DNA of 7,128 bases from the NCBI GenBank assembly GCA_013416795.1, contig RQSC01000968.1, positions 1-7,128 on the forward strand. The letters are read 5' to 3'. Origin of the DNA: Prasinococcaceae sp. CCMP 1430. Taxonomy: Eukaryota; Plantae; Prasinodermophyta. The translations under genes and the position numbers were made by a program. Below are positions 5,014 to 7,128 of this stretch, piece after piece (within the stretch, counting starts at the first letter, position 1; each line of letters begins with the position of its first letter). The notes beneath the pieces are model-generated. The model saw only the letters and a list, made by a program, of their open reading frames with translations, had not been told where the DNA came from and did no database searches.

Positions 5014-6369
5014 ATGGAGACTTCAGACTACATGGAGCACCAGGGCGTGGTGGGGGGGGTCCATGTCTGGAGGCCTAGATCCTGGGTTCCTAACGTCCAA
5101 CGGCCTGGCAACGTCCAAGTGATTGGGAACAAGAGGGTTAATCTGCCGACCCTGATCAAGGTGTTTACCGACGACAGCACCATCAGCCACACCAGGTTCT
5201 CCAACAGCACTGAGACGAAGAAGCTGGCCAACGCCTTCAAACAAGTGAAAGGGTTTTACCCTATCTACGCCGATGGGAGCATCGACATCGAATTTGCTGT
5301 CCACGCCATCAAGTGGGCATGTCCCGTTCTGGCCATCACCGGCCCCCCGCCGCCGACAAAGATCGCTACAGACCTGGCTCTCAGCATTGGTAAAGTGATC
5401 AGGGTTCTCAGGGGTGATATTAACACCCTCTTCAACGAGTGCAGGGGCTTTGTAAAGATTGCTGCGGACAAGTGCTCCCAGGAGTCAGCGGCTGTTATGG
5501 AGAAGGCCGATTCACTGTATGCGTTCATGCGAGATACGCGGCCTGGCGCGCAAATCGCTGTCTTTCTGGCAAAACAGAGCGCGGAGCTGTCGAGGGACAT
5601 CTTTCAGAAGAGCACAGATGCGAGCATGGGGGCAATGCTCGGGGATTTGATTTTGCGCAGGGAGACCGCCTTCAATCAGATCAACGATATCTGCGCCGAC
5701 TACCTCAAGAAGCATACCCCGAAGAAGGAGGAGCATGCCCCAAAGGAGGAGGACAGCGTACAAGGGCAGAGTACTGGACCAGTCTTGAGGAGCGCCAAGA
5801 GGGCGCGTGTCGACGAACCTCCAATGCCCCATCCTCCATCGGATGCTTCTTACACAGAGATGTCGATGGCTGCGTCGGAGACTGCTGCATCATCGGAGAC
5901 CGCGCCTCGTTTTGGCGATGACTTTCCGTTCCCTGCTTTGGACACCGCGCCCTCATTCGACGCCCCTGCCCTTGAGAACGTGGTCGACTCGGCGGCGATG
6001 ACTGCTCCATCATCGGAGACCCCGGCTCTTTTTGGCAATGACTTTCCGTTCCCTTCTTTTGACACTGTGTCCGTGGGCGACTCGGCGGCGGGGACTGCTC
6101 CATCATCGGAGACCCCGCCTCTTTTTGGCGACGACTTTATGTTCCATTCTTTTGACATCGCGACCGTATTCGACGCCCCTGCCCCCAATAACGCGGGCGA
6201 CTCGGCGCTTCCTCTCGACACGTCCACGAATGGCGGAGGGCCTGACCCTAATGGTCCACCTGCCAACGCGGACGACACACGCTATCCGACGCTGGAAGGA
6301 CGATTTCCGTGGGGCGTTCGGCCCGATAGCAAATTTGACGACATGTTTAGCAGCGTTTATACCGAGTGA
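5014..6369 (+). CDS. KilA-N/APSES-like DNA-binding protein with helical middle domain, NLS and repeated acidic-aromatic tail; putative transcriptional activator (451 aa)
   Basis: RVNLPTLIK...TRFSNSTETKKLANAF...GSIDIEFAVHAIKWACPVL follows the KilA-N pattern (YINATKL...WLRL.STKEL...GTYVHP.LA.H.A.W.SP). KRARV NLS at 5797-5811. C-terminal third is low-complexity D/E/F/P/S/A. CDS is certain; domain call is about 0.7. Confidence 0.85.
   Translation: METSDYMEHQGVVGGVHVWRPRSWVPNVQRPGNVQVIGNKRVNLPTLIKVFTDDSTISHTRFSNSTETKKLANAFKQVKGFYPIYADGSIDIEFAVHAIKWACPVLAITGPPPPTKIATDLALSIGKVIRVLRGDINTLFNECRGFVKIAADKCSQESAAVMEKADSLYAFMRDTRPGAQIAVFLAKQSAELSRDIFQKSTDASMGAMLGDLILRRETAFNQINDICADYLKKHTPKKEEHAPKEEDSVQGQSTGPVLRSAKRARVDEPPMPHPPSDASYTEMSMAASETAASSETAPRFGDDFPFPALDTAPSFDAPALENVVDSAAMTAPSSETPALFGNDFPFPSFDTVSVGDSAAGTAPSSETPPLFGDDFMFHSFDIATVFDAPAPNNAGDSALPLDTSTNGGGPDPNGPPANADDTRYPTLEGRFPWGVRPDSKFDDMFSSVYTE
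5881..6207 (+). repeat. In-frame coding tandem repeat, 3 copies (120 bp, 93 bp, ~120 bp)
   Basis: Units start at 5881, 6001 and 6094 (actgctScatcatcggagac). They encode TAxSSETxxxFGxDFxFxxxD...DSA. Copy 2 is 27 bp (9 aa) shorter. Confidence 0.95.
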
Positions 6370-6481
6370 AGTGATTTTGCGCGTGTTACCTGCGACGATG
6401 GATGACACTTTTTACGGTTGTCATAAACTTGACGCGTGTTAAATTTGATGTATTGTACTTTGTTTATTGACGGTATTTATT
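6370..6481. terminator. AT-rich convergent 3' spacer with poly(A)-type signals
   Basis: TTTATT at 6463-6468 and 6476-6481 (AATAAA on -, the latter containing the TAA stop). CATAAA at 6422-6427 on +. Confidence 0.6.
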
Positions 6482-7109
6482 TTTTAATGGAAGCCTTCAT
6501 TATTTGCCTGATGATTTGAATCACGTGCACGTAGACCGTAGGCATCATGAGCGTCCCCATGGGGTCGTCCCTGAAGTATTCCGCGTTCACATCATACACG
6601 TGAACCCCGCGAGGGGCGGCAAGACAAACCATCTTGGAAATGTCATCTTCACCAATAGCGTTGCCGCCATCGTGCACAAACACAGCCTTGGCCTTCCCTC
6701 GCTTGCAATCCAGTAGTCCGAGTGCGCATAGGAAATCGGATTGTCTTGCCACGACCAGCGAGCCTTTGTAGGGGGAATGGGCTTCCACCACGCCGTCCAC
6801 GAGCGCCCCTTCAAGATGAACCGCCAGCTTCTCCATGATGCACGTTTCGTGATGGGACGAGTCTGTCTCGCTCCGTGGTGGAAATTGCACTCCCAGACTG
6901 TGCATGTAGGTCTTGAACCATTCCGAGGAGCGCACGCGACGGATGAGCGAATTGTGTTGATCGCAGTACTCCTCTAGCGTGATGGAGCACTCCTCCTCGG
7001 TGGGCGAGTCGTCCGTGGCGAGCGACATGATGGCAGAAAGGGACGGCATGTCGTTTCGCCTCTTTATTCCCCACACGTACTCGGGGAGGTCGTCTGTTGT
7101 GAAAATCAT
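6477..7109 (-). CDS. Hypothetical alpha/beta protein (210 aa); weak resemblance to PD-(D/E)xK nucleases
   Basis: A-rich start context (aacaaaATG) and a stop embedded in AATAAA. The frame stays open to the window edge, so an N-terminal extension cannot be excluded. SDFLCALGLLDCK could be a D...DxK motif (low confidence). Confidence 0.75.
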   Translation of the reverse strand: MIFTTDDLPEYVWGIKRRNDMPSLSAIMSLATDDSPTEEECSITLEEYCDQHNSLIRRVRSSEWFKTYMHSLGVQFPPRSETDSSHHETCIMEKLAVHLEGALVDGVVEAHSPYKGSLVVARQSDFLCALGLLDCKRGKAKAVFVHDGGNAIGEDDISKMVCLAAPRGVHVYDVNAEYFRDDPMGTLMMPTVYVHVIQIIRQIMKASIKK

Positions 7110-7128
7110 TTTGTTCTCTTGTTGGTAT

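Larger units (their letters stand above)
1..7128. mobile_element. Segment of a eukaryotic dsDNA virus or endogenous viral element related to Nucleocytoviricota (mriyavirus-like or dwarf NCLDV-like; a larger NCLDV is not excluded)
   Basis: VLTF3 homolog, penton-like ORF and KilA-N-like ORF. Genes are dense and intron-less, with AATAAA signals in convergent spacers, NLS motifs and no evident Shine-Dalgarno/operon layout. No element ends or integrase are visible. Confidence 0.8.

Noticed and set aside
5023-6442. Many alternative-frame and antisense ORFs within the KilA-N gene
   Set aside because: By-products of GC-rich and repetitive coding sequence; the indel pattern of the repeat is fully explained by the main frame.
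1-7128. tRNA or rRNA genes
   Set aside because: No cloverleaf or conserved rRNA segments were recognised by eye; tRNAscan-SE or Infernal would be needed to exclude them formally.

Overview
Compact, intron-less segment of a eukaryotic dsDNA virus genome (or an endogenous copy of one), most likely a small relative of Nucleocytoviricota. The best anchor is a poxvirus-type late transcription factor VLTF3 (2176-3279, -). Next to it is a probable single-jelly-roll penton/minor capsid protein (1690-2166, +). The window also encodes a KilA-N/APSES-like protein with an NLS and a repeated acidic-aromatic tail (5014-6369, +), a KEN-box coiled-coil protein (248-787, +) and four or five proteins of unknown function. 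Three convergent gene pairs end in AT-rich spacers with AATAAA-type signals. Two related non-coding, motif-dense regions (1-247, probably cut by the window edge, and 4359-5013) each precede a gene with the same GGCTATGG start context and a shared GPPPP[ST]K-plus-helix segment. The larger region holds a degenerate ~90-bp tandem repeat, seven same-strand CNGTTA motifs, tandem ACGCGT boxes, a CACGAAA box and a TTCAAATTTGAA palindrome. Together these suggest a viral, cell-cycle-coupled early regulatory module, which is inference only. All family calls come from motif recognition by eye, with no database search. Host and exact taxonomy cannot be determined from this window.
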